32,000 nt of DNA from a virus. Where the stretch lies: the IMG/VR virus record IMGVR_UViG_3300045988_006273, positions 2,503 to 34,502 of that record; one strand, 5' to 3'. The position numbers and the translations under genes are program-made. How positions within the stretch are numbered: position 1 is the stretch's first letter; every line of letters begins with the position of its first letter. Under the pieces are notes generated by a model, which saw only the letters and a list, made by a program, of their open reading frames with translations, made no database searches and was not told where the DNA came from. This document shows positions 16,151 to 26,280 of this stretch, piece by piece.

Positions 16151-19100
16151 ATGGGAGCATCTTTTGACGTTACGGCCATACTCCGGGCAAATTCAAGTGA
16201 TTTCACTAACGGCGTCAACGCTGCCCGGTCTGCCCTTGCTGATTTGAGAAATCAGTCTGGGGGCATGCTTGCTCAAGTTGGTAGCAGCTTGAAGTCAGTT
16301 GGTAGCGCCATGCAGTCAGTCGGAGCTGGGATGACTACAGCTTTCACACTGCCCATGGTCGGAGGTCTGACGGCCGTAATCAAAGGTTATGCAGACCTTG
16401 AGCAATCGTTAGGCGGTGTTTCTACACTGTTCAAACAGAATGGCTCAAGTGTCAATACACTTGCCAGAGATTACGGCATGACCAGGGAGCAAGCCCAAGC
16501 GCTTTATAACACAATGGACCGTGAGGGGACCAATGTTATCGAGAACGCCAACCGAGCTTATAGGACGGCTGGTGTGTCTGCTAACAGATACATGGAGCAG
16601 GTCACATCGTTCTCAGCTACTTTGCTACAAGGTCTAGGCGGGGACACTGCCAAGGCTGCGAAATACGGGGATAAAGCCCTTGTCCAAATGTCAGATAATG
16701 CGAACAAGTTCGGCACTAACATGACGGACATTCAAAACGCTTATCAAGGTTTTGCCAAAGACAACTATTCCATGCTGGATAACTTGAAACTTGGTTACGG
16801 TGGTACCATGTCCGAAATGGCTCGTTTGGTCAATGAATCTGGTGTCTTGAATGGTGAATTTGAGGCCACAGCTGATAATATCCGTGACATTCCATTCCAT
16901 ACCTTGATTGATGCCATCGGTATTACTCAAGATAGACTTGGAGTAACCGGAACGACCGCAAAAGAAGCAAGTACAACCGTTTCGGGGTCGTTCAATTCCA
17001 TGAAGGCAGCCGCTGAAAACTTAGTGGCCGGTCTTGGTAATAACGAAGCTAATATCAAGCAGCTAATGGAAAACATGAAGCAGACTATCATCACATTCAA
17101 AGACAATGTGGTGCGTGTTCTAGGGACTATCTGGGACAATCTGCCTGTTGACGGCTGGGTTAAATGGGCGGCACTTATCGTTGGAGCAGCAGGGCCCATT
17201 ATAGCAATACTTGGAACCTTAATCATTTGGGTCGGAAACGTCGTTTCTGCACTAAGCACAATCGGTGGCGCCATCAGCTCGCTTGCAGGGTTCTTCTCAA
17301 GCGGTACAGCAGCAGTAGAAGATTTTTCAATGGCTTTTGAAGGCGGCGAAGCTATGATGGTTTCATTTGGTAGTGCTGCCAGTGGTGTTTCTGCTGCTGC
17401 CCTTGCTGCGTTCGCTGGGATTGCGTTAGCGGTTGGGATGGTAGTAGCGGCGCTTGTTGATTTGTGGAATAATAACGAGAATTTCCGTTCACAAGTCATT
17501 GCAATCTGGGAAACCATTAAGAGTGCAATCACTAACGCCGTTCAAGCAATTGTGTCGTTTGTCATGTCAATCTGGGGCCAGTTGACTTCCTTCTGGAACG
17601 AAAACCACGCCTTGATTATGCAGACAGCGACAACTTACTGGAATATGTTCAAGGGCATAATTGAAAGTGTCATGAACGCTATTCTCCCAGTGGTTCAAAC
17701 TGGCTTGAATTTGCTTATTACATTGTTTTCTACATCTTGGCAACTTATTACCACTGTCATTTCCACGGCTCTTGAAATCGTGTTAAACATCATTAAGATG
17801 GCTATGCAAATCTTACAAGGTGACTGGTCTGGAGCGTGGGAGACATTCAAAACCATCTTGTCTACAGTGTGGGAAGGCATCAAGTCTCTTGTTTCAATCG
17901 GTATCAATGCCATTGGTCCGATTATCCAAGCGGGGATTCAGTTTATTCTCGCTATCTGGAACGCAGCATGGGCATTGTTAGCTATTCCATTCCAAACGCT
18001 TTGGGCATTGCTGCAACAAATCGCTGGCGGAGCTATGACTGCCATTAGCGGTGTGATTAGTGCCGGTATTGCCGTGATTCAGTCCATTTGGTCTGCAGCA
18101 TGGACGGCTATCCAGACAGTGTTCTCAACGATTTGGAATACAATCATGTCTATTCTGTCACCTATAATGGCCGGTATCTCAAGCATTATCTCAAGTACCT
18201 TGTCAGCTATTCAAGCAATTTGGAACGCTATCTGGACCGGTATTCAAGCTGTTTTGGCTGGTGTATTGGCTGCTATTGTCGGGTTGGTTACTGGTAACTT
18301 CTCGCAAGTCCAAGCGGCTATTTCGTCAATCATGTCAGCTATTCAAGCCACTATCAGTGCGATTTGGAACGCCATCCTGTCGCTTATCAGCAGTGTACTG
18401 AGTGCGATTGCTAGCACTGTATCGAGTACATGGTCGTCTATCCAGTCAATCGTTTCAAGTGCTATGAGTTCCGTTCAGAGCATTATCAGCTCAGCTTGGA
18501 GTGCTGTTAGATCAGCGGTAAGCAGCGCCATGAGCTCAATTCAGTCAGCTATCACTAGCGGATTTAGTGCCGTGGTATCAGCGGTAACAAGTGCCGGTCA
18601 GCGTATCATTTCAGCGGTCCGCTCAGCGTTCAGCGGTGCACTTAGTGCAGCCCGTGGATTCGTTGGACAAGCTGCAAGCGTCGGTTCTCAATTGATTAGC
18701 GGTTTCGTTAGCGGGGTTACATCCGCAGCCGGCAAGCTGATTTCGGCAGTTAAAGGCGCGGTAAGTAATGCGATTAATGGAGCTAAAGCCTTGCTTGGTA
18801 TCAAATCACCATCCCGTGTGTTCCGTCAATTCGGTATCTACACGGATAAAGGTTTCATCATCGGTATTGATAGCAAAGCGGACCAAGTAGCCCGTTCAAT
18901 GCGCTATATGGCTCAAGGTGCTATCGACGCATTCACCGGTCAAGATATCAACGGAGCCATCACTGATGAGCTCGGAAACATGGACGGTCAGCTAGGTCGT
19001 TTGGCAGGGTATGATCCATCCGTTTCATTCAATGGCGGCAAGATGTCAGTCACCCAACAAGCAGCGGATATCGTTCTAAAAATGGGTGATACAACTTACA

Positions 19101-19162
19101 GAGCATTTACTGAGGACATCACTAACGCTCAATCAATGGAATTAATGCTTGATAACTATTAA
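16151..19162 (+). CDS. Tape measure protein
   Basis: 1003 aa. It has a long hydrophobic, Ala/Ser/Ile-rich helical core with aromatic residues recurring at about 11-residue spacing, and a GIKSPSRVF motif near the C-terminus. Its position after the chaperone pair fits a tape measure gene. Confidence 0.92.
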   Translation: MGASFDVTAILRANSSDFTNGVNAARSALADLRNQSGGMLAQVGSSLKSVGSAMQSVGAGMTTAFTLPMVGGLTAVIKGYADLEQSLGGVSTLFKQNGSSVNTLARDYGMTREQAQALYNTMDREGTNVIENANRAYRTAGVSANRYMEQVTSFSATLLQGLGGDTAKAAKYGDKALVQMSDNANKFGTNMTDIQNAYQGFAKDNYSMLDNLKLGYGGTMSEMARLVNESGVLNGEFEATADNIRDIPFHTLIDAIGITQDRLGVTGTTAKEASTTVSGSFNSMKAAAENLVAGLGNNEANIKQLMENMKQTIITFKDNVVRVLGTIWDNLPVDGWVKWAALIVGAAGPIIAILGTLIIWVGNVVSALSTIGGAISSLAGFFSSGTAAVEDFSMAFEGGEAMMVSFGSAASGVSAAALAAFAGIALAVGMVVAALVDLWNNNENFRSQVIAIWETIKSAITNAVQAIVSFVMSIWGQLTSFWNENHALIMQTATTYWNMFKGIIESVMNAILPVVQTGLNLLITLFSTSWQLITTVISTALEIVLNIIKMAMQILQGDWSGAWETFKTILSTVWEGIKSLVSIGINAIGPIIQAGIQFILAIWNAAWALLAIPFQTLWALLQQIAGGAMTAISGVISAGIAVIQSIWSAAWTAIQTVFSTIWNTIMSILSPIMAGISSIISSTLSAIQAIWNAIWTGIQAVLAGVLAAIVGLVTGNFSQVQAAISSIMSAIQATISAIWNAILSLISSVLSAIASTVSSTWSSIQSIVSSAMSSVQSIISSAWSAVRSAVSSAMSSIQSAITSGFSAVVSAVTSAGQRIISAVRSAFSGALSAARGFVGQAASVGSQLISGFVSGVTSAAGKLISAVKGAVSNAINGAKALLGIKSPSRVFRQFGIYTDKGFIIGIDSKADQVARSMRYMAQGAIDAFTGQDINGAITDELGNMDGQLGRLAGYDPSVSFNGGKMSVTQQAADIVLKMGDTTYRAFTEDITNAQSMELMLDNY

Positions 19163-19184
19163 GAGAGAAAAGAGGTTTTAGCTA

Positions 19185-19976
19185 ATGTATGATTATGCTT
19201 CATTGAAGCGCACGGAATCAACGGTGCTGCAAAGAGCGCCGGTTGATAACATGCGTATCAACGGGACGCCTATAGAAGATATCATCCAAGGGTATCGACA
19301 GCTCACAGTTAAGGGACGTTCATTGCTCAATCGTGAAATTTCAACTACTCGTGTTCCTGGGCGACGTGGTGTCTGGGTGGACAGTGTTAATGACTCAGAG
19401 CGTGAGATTGAAGTTAAGTATCAGTTAACTACGGTTACTAGCCAAGTCATGAGGACCTCTTTCCGAGAGCTTAACCGCATTTTGAGAGAGGTAGGGCCTA
19501 GCGGCTATCTTGAAGTCACATTTGACGATGAGCCGGATTTCACTTACTACGCAATATTCAAGGAAGCGGACGAAGTCGAGGAAGATAGGCTTTCAGTCAT
19601 TAGCAGTTTCGTTTTGCTAGTGCCAGACGGCTATAAAAAACGGGTTCCAGAGCGTTCTAACGACGTTGTTTATCTAACTTACGCTAAGCAGGTAATACCT
19701 GAGAAGATTGTAGCCGTGACATCTACAGCGGCAACGGAATTTGAAATTATCAACGGTCAAACCAAGCTATCGTTTAAGGGTAGCTACGCAGCTAATAAGG
19801 AAATCGTCATTAAATTCGGTACAGAAGAAGTGACAGCTACTTACGACGGACGTAATATCCTAAGTGAATTACAACGATTTAGCCCGCTTGAGCAGTTTTA
19901 TGTGAAGGACGGCGACAGATTGACAGGCAAGAATGTAACTATCCGTGAGGTACAGTGGAGGGATGAAAGTCTATGA
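19185..19976 (+). CDS. Distal tail protein (Dit)
   Basis: 263 aa, lying between the tape measure and the large Tal-type gene, with an ATGA overlap downstream. Confidence 0.8.
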   Translation: MYDYASLKRTESTVLQRAPVDNMRINGTPIEDIIQGYRQLTVKGRSLLNREISTTRVPGRRGVWVDSVNDSEREIEVKYQLTTVTSQVMRTSFRELNRILREVGPSGYLEVTFDDEPDFTYYAIFKEADEVEEDRLSVISSFVLLVPDGYKKRVPERSNDVVYLTYAKQVIPEKIVAVTSTAATEFEIINGQTKLSFKGSYAANKEIVIKFGTEEVTATYDGRNILSELQRFSPLEQFYVKDGDRLTGKNVTIREVQWRDESL

Positions 19977-22900
19977 TCTATTTATTCGATAAGGACGAAA
20001 AACTTATCAAGATTATTCGCAAACCTGCAATTAAGAAGGCTTTGCAGAAATTCAGTCTTACCACTGAAAACTACATTTCAGACCGCTTGACTGTCGAAAT
20101 GAAAGCTTTGAAGGATGATGAACTGGCAAAACTGGAATACATGGCTATTCAGTCAATCGACGATACGCATAAATTCCATTACTTCTACATTGCCCAAGGC
20201 AATACCAAAGGGGATATCACAACGCTTATTGGTGTTCAGTCTGGCATTGAGGAATTACGCAAGACAGTCGTTTACGACAAACGCCCAACAGACCAACGTG
20301 CTAGACCAGTCATCGAATGGCTTTTAACTGGCACAAACTGGTCCCCTCGCTTCGTTGCTGAAACAAACCCAAAGAGCACTAATTTCTATTACATTTCCAC
20401 ATTTGATGCACTGAAAAAAGTGTGCAAGGTGTGGGGCCTAGAGATGCAGTTCTTTGTTGAAATGAACGGCAGTCAGATTGGCGCTAGATACATTGATTTC
20501 AAGCACAAAATAGGTGAAGCAGTCGGTAAGCGTGTTGTCTACGGTCATAACGCCCTTGAAATTCTGCAAGAAGTTGAAAAGACAAACCTATACACCGCCT
20601 TGGTTGGTCGTGGTAAAGGGGAACAAGTCAGCTCGGCGGAAGACACCGGCAAAGATGCTGACGGTTACGGACGCAAAATCAACTTCGAGGAAGTTGTCTG
20701 GTCAAAAGCCAAAGGGGACCCACTAGACAAGCCCCTTGGTCAGAAATACCTTGAAATTCCAGAAATGACCGCTAAATACGGCATTAAACAACCAGACGGC
20801 AAGATGCGCCCAAAGATTGGCTTTGTCGAATTTAGCGAGGAAGAAGACAAGAACGAACTTATCAAGCAGACTTACGATGCTTTGATTGAGTCTTCAAGAC
20901 CTAAACTGACACTTAAAACGTCAACGGTTTATCTCAAGGGCGTCCAAATTGGTGACACTATCCGAGTGGTCCGACATGACAGACACCTTGATTATGATAC
21001 ACGTATCTTTGAAATCACATTCAACCGCTTAAACAACGAATCTAGCGACATCAAGCTAGGGGACCGAGTTAGCGAGAGCAATGACGCAAAGGTACAGAGT
21101 ACCGTCAACAAGGCTCTTGACGAGTTTAAAGCTGGTGAGTTTACTGAGTTTGTCAAAAAGCTGCCAGAGTTTATCCCGTCAGCTAATGGTTTTAACCATA
21201 ACTGGTACACAAGCACTGATCCAACAGAATCTCACCCTGGACAAGTCCTAATCAATGATTCTTGGTACAAACCAGACCCAGAACATGAGGGACACACTAT
21301 CATGTATCGCTGGACTGGGGAAATGTGGCAAGAGGTACTGAGAACATGGGACGGCACGGGGCTTCAAGACAAAATCAAGAAAGAATTCGAGAAAGTCGCA
21401 GCCGACATGGCTAAACAGCAATCAGAACACGACAGAGTGGTTGCTGAAATCACAGCCAAGGCTACTAATGCGGAAACATTAGCTAGTTCAGCTAAATCAA
21501 CCGCAGAGGACGCTTTTAACCGCTTAAACGACGTTAAGAGTGAAGTTATCGCAGAAGCTCGTTACTTGGACACCGTCGAGCGTGCAGAGACAGAGAAGAA
21601 GATTGCTGCATCTAAAAAAGACGCACTATCAGAAGCTGTCAAACTGGTTGATAATGCTAAAAGTACGCTAAACACGGACTTATCAGAGACTGAAAAGAGA
21701 GTTGAAGCTCTAAAGGGTTCTATTGGTACATTGTCAAACGATACGTCAGTACAGTTTGCCAAAATCAATAACGCTCTTATTTCAGTAGCTAGCAAGCAAG
21801 ACGTTGACAAAGTCAGTCAGCGCGTGTCTAATGCTGAGACGGTTTTGACACAGCAAGCAGGGCAGATTTCAGCCAAAGCTAGCAAAGAGGAAGTCAATGC
21901 TGTTTCTGGGCGTCTAAACAAGGCTGAGAGCTCGTTGACAGTGCAGGCTGGGCAAATCAGCCAGAAAGCCAATAAGCAGGACGTAGACACGCTGACAGGG
22001 CGTGTGAATCGTGCTGAAACGTCTATCACTCAGCAAGCGGACATGATTGCATCCAAAGCCAATAAGCAAGAACTTGACAATGTCAATAATCGAGTGCTAA
22101 ACGCAGAAAGTCGTATCACTCAGCAAGCTAACGAGATTAGCCAACGAGTGAAGACAAGCGATTTTAATAATGCTACTCAGAGACTTGCGACGACTGAGAG
22201 CTCAATCACTCAACTAGGAAATAAGATCACTACTGAGATTAGCCGTGTGGATAGTAAGATCCCGACAGACTTTGGCAGTCGTAACTTGATTTTGAAATCA
22301 GCAGATTTCGAGAATCTACACCGTCAACCCGGAGGAAGCGGAAATACTACTACTACTACTACGGACGGGCAAGCTTTCCTAATCAAGTCTCATAGCTATT
22401 CGAGCGACGTTTACGGTGGTATCTCATGGAACATGGCTATTCCAGAGATTAAAGCCGGTGAAACATTCTCGCTCTTGGTTCCGGTTTACATCGACAGCGG
22501 GGTAGACATTGACCGTGGCGCTATGATTATCATTAAAAATCATAAAAACAATGACAATCTAGTTGCTTACAATATCCCGACAGACCTCAAAAATGAGTGG
22601 TTTGACGTTAAGCTGATTTTCACTGCCGGCAAGGACATCACCCTCGGTGAATGGCCGTTCTATATTACAGTTATTAGAAACGGCTATCTAAGAATCAAAC
22701 CGCCTATGTTGGTCAGAGGGACGCTCATTCCCTTGCAGCATACAGTGGCCCCAGAGGACACAGAAGCTGAAATCAGCACGGTTAAAACGACGATAACGCA
22801 GACCGAGCAGGGTGTCAGTCAGCTATCTCAGAAACAATCTGAAACAGATAGCCGCATGACTAACGCTGAAACTACGGTCAATCACTTGGTCGATGAAGTA

Positions 22901-25024
22901 TCATCAAAAGTGTCTAAGACTGATTTTGACAAACTGTCTAAGAGCGTAGCGGCTAATAGTACCGCAATCACTCAGACTGATAACAAAATTAGTTTGAAAG
23001 CAGACCGGACAGAAGTCCAAACTGCCAAAGCTACGGCTGACAGTGCAGTGTCTAAAGGTCAAGAGCTAGAGCGTAAGATCAACCAGACTAATGCAGAGTT
23101 ACGTGTTACAGCGGATTCTATCGCTCAAAAGGTTTCAAGAGTTGATTTTGACAACCTTGGGAATAAAGTCACTAACGCTGAAACGCAAATCAGCACATTA
23201 GCTGGCAAGATTGAGACAAAGCTGTCTAGGGTTGACCTAGATAGTGCTATTGATAGCAAAGGCTTTTTGAAAGAGTCTGATGTCAATAGATTGGTTGATA
23301 ACAAAGGTTTTGCGACGGCTACGGCTGTAACAAACCTTATCCAACAGTCTGAGCAAGGGACAACGCAGCTTATTAGCGAGGTCAAGAAGCAGATTCCGTC
23401 AATTGACACACTTTCTGTTGGCGGTGAGAACTTGATCCGTAACTCAGCGTTTCCGGACAACTTGGACGGTTGGGGCTATTGGGTAGCTACGCAACCTAAC
23501 TCGAATCTATCTATATCAAGTCATTCACTCTATTACAACGGTTCTAAGCCGTTGTTTTTGCTTTCAACAACAACAACAACAACAACAACGCCTAGCGCTA
23601 CGCTGAGATTTCCAGTGAAGCGAAATACTAACTATTCTCTTAATATTTCAATTTTGGCAGGCGGCAACCTAAAGGGGATGGATATCTATTTCCTTGGGCG
23701 CAAGTCAAACGAAACCAAAGATTTTAGCAAGGTTGTCAATATCAAACACTTTGACGGTTCGCCATCAACAAGCGGTGTTAAGAAATTTCACTTCACTTTT
23801 AACTCCGGAGACTGTGATGAAGGTTTCATCCGTGTCGATAATACGGGTACGACAAACGGCAGTCAGTCGTTGCTATTCTTCACCGAGCTTGATTGCTATG
23901 AGGGAACTATGGACCGTGCTTGGCAACCGTCTCCAAAAGACGCAAGTCAAGAGGTAACAGTCAAGTTCAACGAAATCAAGTCAACCGTTGACAGTTTCAG
24001 CCGTACCATTGGCGAACATGGGCAGTCTATTTCTCAGATTATCCAAGATGCCAAGGGTACAGTTTGGAAGGTGGAGAACCTAGAGGATAAGTGGGCGTTT
24101 AATCTTGGTGTTACTAACAAGCAACTAGACAAGCTAGATACTGGCCTTGAAGCTACCAAGTCCGAAATGTCCCAGATTGCTGGTTCATGGGCAGTCAAGA
24201 ATTTGACAAGGTCTGGTGATGTGCTTAACCAAATCAACCTTAATAAAGACGGTTCGGTTAAAATCGATGGCAAACTGGTTCAAATCACTGGCTCTACCTA
24301 CATCGAAGATGGTGTTATTAGCTCAGCTAAAATCGGTGAACTTTCAGCAAGCAAAATCACTAGCGGACGCTTAAACGCTTCACTCGTTGACGTCGTCAAC
24401 CTAAACGCCAAGAGTATCACTAGCGGTACGTTTACTGGTCTTAATTATCGTGGTGGACGGGTTGAGTCGTTAAATGGTTCAATGTTCTTCGATTTGAATA
24501 GCAACTATCTTCAAATGGGAGCAGATACTGCTTCAATCAGACGTGTTCAGCCCGGATATCCTGCACAGTTTATCCGCTACGAGACAAGTATCGACCAAGG
24601 CAACTATCGTTCAAAAACCATTATCGGGTCAAACCGTGAAGGGACGGATGCTTATAATGCTACGACGTTTTCTGGCGTTGTCATCCAGAACAACACTAAC
24701 AACGACATCGATACATTGCATCTCTATGGCGATAGAACATATTTTAGACATACGTTTACTAACGATGGATGGGATTTAGACGCGGTAACGCAACGACTTC
24801 GTCCGGGCATGATGGAAAAAGATTCACAGATTTGGTCAGTCCAGTTTGCGACACCAAAAAACGGGAAAGATTTTAGCACCGGAGCTATCAATATCACCGA
24901 ATCTCTTGCGGCGGTTTGGCGGATGTTCAAACACTTCGAAGGAAATATCAAAATGCCAACCGAGCTAAAAACACTCATTCAGCACGGTTACAATAACTAC
25001 GGTATCCACATGCCGGTGTTGTAA
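19973..25024 (+). CDS. Tail-associated protein / fibre (Tal N-domain, coiled coils, two CBM-like modules, gp58-like C-terminus)
   Basis: 1683 aa. The N-terminal 390 aa or so resemble the phage minor structural protein N-terminal region. Two NLI(L/R)(K/N)S..F modules are typical of carbohydrate-binding beta-sandwiches. The C-terminal SAKIGELSASKITSGRLNA segment is fibre-type. Confidence 0.85.
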   Translation: MIYLFDKDEKLIKIIRKPAIKKALQKFSLTTENYISDRLTVEMKALKDDELAKLEYMAIQSIDDTHKFHYFYIAQGNTKGDITTLIGVQSGIEELRKTVVYDKRPTDQRARPVIEWLLTGTNWSPRFVAETNPKSTNFYYISTFDALKKVCKVWGLEMQFFVEMNGSQIGARYIDFKHKIGEAVGKRVVYGHNALEILQEVEKTNLYTALVGRGKGEQVSSAEDTGKDADGYGRKINFEEVVWSKAKGDPLDKPLGQKYLEIPEMTAKYGIKQPDGKMRPKIGFVEFSEEEDKNELIKQTYDALIESSRPKLTLKTSTVYLKGVQIGDTIRVVRHDRHLDYDTRIFEITFNRLNNESSDIKLGDRVSESNDAKVQSTVNKALDEFKAGEFTEFVKKLPEFIPSANGFNHNWYTSTDPTESHPGQVLINDSWYKPDPEHEGHTIMYRWTGEMWQEVLRTWDGTGLQDKIKKEFEKVAADMAKQQSEHDRVVAEITAKATNAETLASSAKSTAEDAFNRLNDVKSEVIAEARYLDTVERAETEKKIAASKKDALSEAVKLVDNAKSTLNTDLSETEKRVEALKGSIGTLSNDTSVQFAKINNALISVASKQDVDKVSQRVSNAETVLTQQAGQISAKASKEEVNAVSGRLNKAESSLTVQAGQISQKANKQDVDTLTGRVNRAETSITQQADMIASKANKQELDNVNNRVLNAESRITQQANEISQRVKTSDFNNATQRLATTESSITQLGNKITTEISRVDSKIPTDFGSRNLILKSADFENLHRQPGGSGNTTTTTTDGQAFLIKSHSYSSDVYGGISWNMAIPEIKAGETFSLLVPVYIDSGVDIDRGAMIIIKNHKNNDNLVAYNIPTDLKNEWFDVKLIFTAGKDITLGEWPFYITVIRNGYLRIKPPMLVRGTLIPLQHTVAPEDTEAEISTVKTTITQTEQGVSQLSQKQSETDSRMTNAETTVNHLVDEVSSKVSKTDFDKLSKSVAANSTAITQTDNKISLKADRTEVQTAKATADSAVSKGQELERKINQTNAELRVTADSIAQKVSRVDFDNLGNKVTNAETQISTLAGKIETKLSRVDLDSAIDSKGFLKESDVNRLVDNKGFATATAVTNLIQQSEQGTTQLISEVKKQIPSIDTLSVGGENLIRNSAFPDNLDGWGYWVATQPNSNLSISSHSLYYNGSKPLFLLSTTTTTTTTPSATLRFPVKRNTNYSLNISILAGGNLKGMDIYFLGRKSNETKDFSKVVNIKHFDGSPSTSGVKKFHFTFNSGDCDEGFIRVDNTGTTNGSQSLLFFTELDCYEGTMDRAWQPSPKDASQEVTVKFNEIKSTVDSFSRTIGEHGQSISQIIQDAKGTVWKVENLEDKWAFNLGVTNKQLDKLDTGLEATKSEMSQIAGSWAVKNLTRSGDVLNQINLNKDGSVKIDGKLVQITGSTYIEDGVISSAKIGELSASKITSGRLNASLVDVVNLNAKSITSGTFTGLNYRGGRVESLNGSMFFDLNSNYLQMGADTASIRRVQPGYPAQFIRYETSIDQGNYRSKTIIGSNREGTDAYNATTFSGVVIQNNTNNDIDTLHLYGDRTYFRHTFTNDGWDLDAVTQRLRPGMMEKDSQIWSVQFATPKNGKDFSTGAINITESLAAVWRMFKHFEGNIKMPTELKTLIQHGYNNYGIHMPVL
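21812..22261 (+). repeat. Five degenerate tandem 90-nt (30-aa) coiled-coil repeats inside the fibre gene
   Basis: The units are VSQRVSNAETVLTQQAGQISAKASKEEVNA, VSGRLNKAESSLTVQAGQISQKANKQDVDT, LTGRVNRAETSITQQADMIASKANKQELDN, VNNRVLNAESRITQQANEISQRVKTSDFNN and ATQRLATTESSITQLGNKITTEISRVDSKI. Confidence 0.85.
22346..22363 (+). repeat. (ACT)5ACG trinucleotide tract encoding Thr6
   Basis: Read directly from the sequence. It is in frame in the fibre gene, at residues 792-797. Confidence 0.95.
23565..23590 (+). repeat. (ACA)7ACG trinucleotide tract encoding Thr8
   Basis: Read directly from the sequence. It is in frame in the fibre gene, at residues 1199-1206. Confidence 0.95.
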
Positions 25025-25035
25025 AAGGAGAATTT

Positions 25036-25263
25036 ATGAACGAACAAATTTACACTTCAATGATTCAAGACATCGCAAGTCAGAACGCTAACTTGACGAT
25101 TGAGAAAGCTGAGTTTAAGGCTCGCTTGCAGGCAACAGTTAGCGAACTTGAGCAAGTCAAATCACAACTAGAACACTATCAAAATGTACTAGCGTCTGAT
25201 TCTGACCTTAACGACCTCTTTAACGAGGTAGCACAGAAAGGAGTGGATAATGAACAAATCTAA
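25036..25263 (+). CDS. Hypothetical phage protein (75 aa, helical)
   Basis: AAAGGAG SD. It overlaps the next ORF by 14 nt. Confidence 0.6.
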   Translation: MNEQIYTSMIQDIASQNANLTIEKAEFKARLQATVSELEQVKSQLEHYQNVLASDSDLNDLFNEVAQKGVDNEQI

Positions 25264-25849
25264 TTTCAGTGTCACATCAAGCTATCTGACCAACCCGACA
25301 ACAACAAGGATTGCTATCCAGTCCAAAGATGGCTCGACGTGGTTGACTCGTGATGTACCAGGCGACCATACTAACAAGACGGATGAAGCTAAAATCCAGC
25401 TTATTCTGGACATCTTAGCGACTGAGTTGGACCCTGCTGGAGCATTGGCACGCTACCAAGCCAAGTCAGAGGAATCGATTAAAGACCTTGACAGCCGCTT
25501 GAATTTAGCTGAGAAAGTCGCTGAACAAGGCGAGTTAACTCGTAAAATCGCTAACGTGTCCATTCTCAATGCGGTAATGAGTCAGAATATCCAGTATGGC
25601 ACAATCTACAAGCAATACTTGGAATTGTTGCCAGTCGCTAAAAAAGGCGATGCATTTAACGCCGGGGATATCTTCGCTATCGAAGACCCGAACCACGAAG
25701 AAGTGGACGGAGAAGGCAAACTGGTACTTATCCAAGTTAACGGGTCGTTCACTTACGAAAATCAACCATTCACTGGCTTTGCAAAGGGTGGCGAACTTGA
25801 AAACAATGGGCTTGCTACTGCATGGGTATTCAAACCGAAGGAGAATTGA
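25250..25849 (+). CDS. Hypothetical phage protein (199 aa)
   Basis: GGAGTGG SD. Its stop overlaps the holin start (TGATG). Confidence 0.65.
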   Translation: MNKSNFSVTSSYLTNPTTTRIAIQSKDGSTWLTRDVPGDHTNKTDEAKIQLILDILATELDPAGALARYQAKSEESIKDLDSRLNLAEKVAEQGELTRKIANVSILNAVMSQNIQYGTIYKQYLELLPVAKKGDAFNAGDIFAIEDPNHEEVDGEGKLVLIQVNGSFTYENQPFTGFAKGGELENNGLATAWVFKPKEN

Positions 25850-26280
25850 TGGCACAGAAACCAGACGGTATTTTTGGGGTTTTCGATGTGGTCAGAGACT
25901 TCTATGCACACGGTATCGATGAGCATCTATGGGTGTTTCTGCTAATGATTATCATTTTTAGCGACATCGTTATCGGTGTGTCGAGGGCTTGGGCCGCTCA
26001 TGAGTTTTCAAGCTCTAAATTTCGTAAAGGGCTAGTCAGCCATACCGCCATGATTACATTCGTAGCCATCTTTTACCCGTTCGCAGTATTCATGAATCTA
26101 GGCGGTGTCCTAGATACATTTATCTTTGCCATGATTGCCGCTTACGGCTCTAGTATTTTGGCTAGTCTATCAGCACTAGGGGTGGAAATCCCTTATATTG
26201 ACAAGTATATTAAGAAAAATATTGATAAAGAGAAGTTTTTTCTTAACTCAGAAGAAAAGGAGAATACAGACAATGATTAA
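25849..26280 (+). CDS. Holin (Phage_holin_4_1 / TcdE-like)
   Basis: I prefer the ATG at 25849 (GAAGGAG SD, TGATG overlap) over the ORF-track start at 25822. It has three to four hydrophobic helices and a charged C-terminus. Confidence 0.8.
   Translation: MAQKPDGIFGVFDVVRDFYAHGIDEHLWVFLLMIIIFSDIVIGVSRAWAAHEFSSSKFRKGLVSHTAMITFVAIFYPFAVFMNLGGVLDTFIFAMIAAYGSSILASLSALGVEIPYIDKYIKKNIDKEKFFLNSEEKENTDND

Noticed and set aside
16927-17532. 201-aa antisense ORF (and other antisense or alternative-frame ORFs) within the tape measure gene
   Set aside because: It is a product of the Ala/Ser/Ile-rich repetitive coding strand. It has no SD, a low-complexity translation, and lies fully inside a confident gene.
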